Shown: one piece after another, positions 61,607-64,000 of the stretch
Layout of the letters: each line of letters starts with the position of its first letter
How positions within the stretch are numbered: the stretch's first letter is position 1
The notes under the pieces: model-generated
The model's input: the letters and a program-made list of their open reading frames with translations, nothing else
Told to the model about the DNA's origin: nothing
Database searches by the model: none
Source of the DNA: an uncultured Actinomycetota bacterium
GTDB lineage: Bacteria; Actinomycetota; Thermoleophilia; Solirubrobacterales; Solirubrobacteraceae
Assembly (NCBI GenBank): GCA_963758705.1
Contig: CAVWWN010000023.1
Coordinates: 542,050 to 606,049 of the forward strand
Length of the DNA: 64,000 nucleotides
Direction: 5' to 3'
Translations under genes and position numbers: made by a program

Positions 61607-62467
61607 TCACAGGGTCTCCAGGGCGACGTCGTAGACGCCGCCGAGGTCGAGCACCGTCCCCTTGGCCTCGAACATCCGCTGCACGCAGCGTTTTTGCAGC
61701 TTCATCTTCGGACCGCCCACCGCCAGCGCGCCGAGCTTGAGCACACCGTCCTCCTCGGTGAGGTCATCGCCCCGGTCGACGGCCTCGACGCCCACCGGCT
61801 CGGCCGCCGAGTAGTCGATCACCACCCGCACGTCGCTCTGCGCCCAGCCGTCGTGCCGGAGGATCTGGATGCCGGCCGGCCCGGCGGCGAAGATCGCCAC
61901 GTGCCCGGCCAATGCCGCATCGAGAGCGTCGCTGGACGCGGGCTCGGTCACGTCGAAACCCGCCTCCTGCGCGACCGCGATACCCGAGGCCCGGCGATGG
62001 CGGCCCTTCATCACGTCGGGCGGGAACGTCAGGACGGTCACCTCGGCGCCCTCACGCCGCAGGAGCTCGGCGGTACGCAGTCCGACCGGCCCCACCCCAA
62101 TGACCGCGGTACGGCTGCCCTCGAGCGTCACCGCGCCGCGGACACGGGCCACGGCGGCAGCCGCGGTCGTATTCGAGCCGTCGGAGTCGAGCATGATCGA
62201 CGGTGTGAACGGCTCGAAGAACAGCTCCTGGGCCGCAGCGAACACCGCCTCGCCGTCGCGCACCTTCGACCCGCCGATCCAGAACGCGGTGTTGGCCAGC
62301 CCATCAGGACCGCGCGGGAAGATCGCGCCCTGGACGACGCCGGCCAGGTTCTCGGCGGTGATCTGCCCGTAGCCGAGGACGACGTCCACACCGGCGTCGT
62401 ACGCCGCGATCGCGTCAAACGCGCTCGGATGCTGGTCGGTGTCGAGCTGAAGCAGGATCTTCTTCAT
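61607..62467 (-). CDS. NAD(P)-dependent methylene-tetrahydromethanopterin dehydrogenase (MtdA/MtdB family)
   Basis: 286 aa. MKKILLQLDTDQHPSAFDAIAAYDAGVD...IMLDSDGSNTTAAAAVA...IGVGPVGLRTAELL...GGPKMKLQKRCVQRMFE is collinear with Methylobacterium extorquens MtdA as I remember it (LLFQFDTD...PSVFD, MLDSNGSNTTAAA, GGLKLKLH). Confidence 0.85.
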   Translation of the reverse strand: MKKILLQLDTDQHPSAFDAIAAYDAGVDVVLGYGQITAENLAGVVQGAIFPRGPDGLANTAFWIGGSKVRDGEAVFAAAQELFFEPFTPSIMLDSDGSNTTAAAAVARVRGAVTLEGSRTAVIGVGPVGLRTAELLRREGAEVTVLTFPPDVMKGRHRRASGIAVAQEAGFDVTEPASSDALDAALAGHVAIFAAGPAGIQILRHDGWAQSDVRVVIDYSAAEPVGVEAVDRGDDLTEEDGVLKLGALAVGGPKMKLQKRCVQRMFEAKGTVLDLGGVYDVALETL

Positions 62468-63807
62468 CGGATGTCCTCCCGTCGAGGTTCGGGAAAGCTG
62501 AGCAGGCCCCAGTCCAGCGGGCCCTCCTGGCGGTAGCTCTTATGCAGGCCGCGGGCGATCGTGGCCTTCATCAGCTCCTTGCCGAGGTAGAAGGCGTGCG
62601 CGGGGTCGCTCACCCCGAGCTGCTCGAACACCGCGTACATGTTGGCCTCGCGGATGAACCGCTCGCCGTTGAACGCGTAGAGCCAATCGGCATCGGCGAA
62701 CAGGCGGTAGTTGGCGTCGGCGATCTGCGCCTGCATTGCCCGTAGCTCATCCTCCGAGGGCGCATGCATCGACTCGTCCCTGGTCGTGACCAGGCCGGAG
62801 TCGATGTGCTTGGGGGGCCGCGCCTCGCGCTGGGCCACGTGCATGATCTGCGCCGCCAGGACCGTCTCGCGGACCGCCCCGCGGGCCCACCCGATCACCT
62901 CGGTGGTCAGGACCGCGGTGATGCCCACCTCCTGGCAGAAGCCGATCAGCACCGCCGTGACCCCGGTCGAATCGGCCTCCGTCAGCTCCGTGAGGTTGCC
63001 GATGCCCATCAGCATGCCGGCGTCGGGATGGCGGCGACGGACCTCGACGTAGCGGGCCAGCGACGCGGCGAAGCCCGAGTTGATGGGAGCCAAGATGGAG
63101 TCGAGCAGATAGGGCCGGTCCAGTTGGTCCATGCGGGCGGCCATCCGGTCCAGGCTGTCGAGGTCCTCGGGATCGTCGGTGATCAGGACCGGGGTCGCGC
63201 GCAGGTCGGCGACCATGTCGATCGTCCGCGGGGTGAGGCTGAGCACGTAGTCCACGCCGGCCGCATCCGCCATTCGGATGTGCTCGGGGTCAAGGGTGTC
63301 GATACTCACCGCCAGCCCACGCTCGCGCAGCGCCGCAATCGTCCGCGGCCCCTCGGCCAGCCACGAGCGATCGAGCGAGAGACCGAGGTCGATCACGTCG
63401 GCCCCCTCCGCGCGATAGGCCTCGGCCCGGTCGATCACCTGTTCATGCGAGAGCGTCTGGACGTCGTTGATCTCGGCGAACACGCGCACATCTCGGGGTC
63501 CGAGCTCGGCCCGCACCGCCGCCCGGCCGTACCACTCCGGCAGCGAGCGGACGTCCGCCGGGCCCTTGCGCACCGGCAAGCCGGTGGCCTGCTCCAGCGT
63601 GTCCACATCGCCTTCACACAGGCCCGGGATCACGATGTTGTCGACTCCCGATGGCACCTCCAGCCGCCGCGCGATCCAGCGCGTCGTCATCAGCGCGGCG
63701 ACGCTGATGTTCATCACGGCGATCTCGTGGCCGATATCCAGCGTGGAGACGACGCTGCGAAGGGCCGGCTCGGCCAGACGACCGGTGACGAACAGGGTGT
63801 CAGCCAA
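62464..63807 (-). CDS. Dihydropteroate-synthase-like pterin-binding protein (N-terminal extra domain + Pterin_bind), methanopterin-biosynthesis type
   Basis: Start trimmed to the TTG at 63807, overlapping the stop of the upstream SDR. ...AEGADVIDLGLS...LAVSIDTLDPEHI...VDYVLSL...YLLDSILAPINSGF...GMLMGIGNLTELTEADSTGV...VLTTE matches a DHPS TIM-barrel pattern. ATGA coupling to the mtd gene. Confidence 0.7.
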   Translation of the reverse strand: MADTLFVTGRLAEPALRSVVSTLDIGHEIAVMNISVAALMTTRWIARRLEVPSGVDNIVIPGLCEGDVDTLEQATGLPVRKGPADVRSLPEWYGRAAVRAELGPRDVRVFAEINDVQTLSHEQVIDRAEAYRAEGADVIDLGLSLDRSWLAEGPRTIAALRERGLAVSIDTLDPEHIRMADAAGVDYVLSLTPRTIDMVADLRATPVLITDDPEDLDSLDRMAARMDQLDRPYLLDSILAPINSGFAASLARYVEVRRRHPDAGMLMGIGNLTELTEADSTGVTAVLIGFCQEVGITAVLTTEVIGWARGAVRETVLAAQIMHVAQREARPPKHIDSGLVTTRDESMHAPSEDELRAMQAQIADANYRLFADADWLYAFNGERFIREANMYAVFEQLGVSDPAHAFYLGKELMKATIARGLHKSYRQEGPLDWGLLSFPEPRREDIR

Positions 63808-64000
63808 CGGTGCCGCCGTTGACGTTAACCGCCTGACCCGTGACGAAGGCGGCGGCCGGCGACGCCAGCCACACCGCCGCACCCGCGACGTCCTCCGGCC
63901 GGCCCCAACGCCCCAGCGGCGTGCCCGCGGCGACCCCGTCGTAGAAGGCGCGGTCCACGCCTGCGCCGAATGCCGTCTCGATCCAACCGGGACACAGGAC
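63800..64000 (-). CDS. SDR-family oxidoreductase, C-terminal part only (the gene continues beyond the right edge)
   Basis: My translation of the minus strand gives VLCPGWIETAFGAGVDRAFYDGVAAGTPLGRWGRPEDVAGAAVWLASPAAAFVTGQAVNVNGGTVG*, a typical classical-SDR C-terminus. Confidence 0.6.
   Translation of the reverse strand, partial: VLCPGWIETAFGAGVDRAFYDGVAAGTPLGRWGRPEDVAGAAVWLASPAAAFVTGQAVNVNGGTVG

Overview
Very high-G+C bacterial chromosome segment (about 70% by eye, not computed). Gene content and order suggest Actinomycetota; the class cannot be assigned without a database search.

Four blocks:
1. 1-23.3 kb: a cell-envelope glycan/EPS locus. A roughly 12-gene minus-strand operon carries a Wzx-like flippase, GT2 and GT1 transferases, AsnB-type amidotransferase, a Wzy/O-antigen-ligase-like protein and three paralogous bitopic membrane proteins. 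Alongside it are a secreted beta-helix protein, rmlC/rmlD and an SDR epimerase, an RmlA-like protein and a nucleotide-sugar dehydrogenase.
2. 23.3-39 kb: an orphan histidine kinase, then the conserved rpmG-secE-nusG-rplK-rplA-rplJ-rplL-(FHA gene)-rpoB-rpoC region on the minus strand.
3. 39-57.6 kb: mixed housekeeping and accessory genes. These include a GAP-family membrane protein, an acyl-CoA oxidase relic, an Hpt-like protein, SDRs, a divergent VIT1/Fur pair, a desaturase, an ECF sigma factor, an uncharacterised GATase operon, a truncated globin, a cupin, nadK, a cell-wall peptidase, MYG1, DUF488, and MocR plus an MFS transporter.
4. 57.8-64 kb: a C1/pterin module and the most interesting part. 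It holds a signal-peptide-less XoxF-type PQQ dehydrogenase with the lanthanide DYD signature, a small partner protein, a methylene-H4MPT dehydrogenase (MtdA/B), a DHPS-like pterin enzyme, pterin-4a-carbinolamine dehydratase, an ASKHA/DUF1464 protein and an SDR.

Many genes are broken by single-base frameshifts, and the breaks are strongly clustered. Essential genes (rpoB, rplJ, rplL, secE) are among those affected, so I read the breaks as assembly indels rather than pseudogenisation.

I found no rRNA, tRNA, CRISPR array, transposase or integrase.

All family assignments come from reading the translated sequence and from memory of families; no searches were run. Coordinates of hairpins and repeats are hand-indexed and may be off by 1-2 nt.
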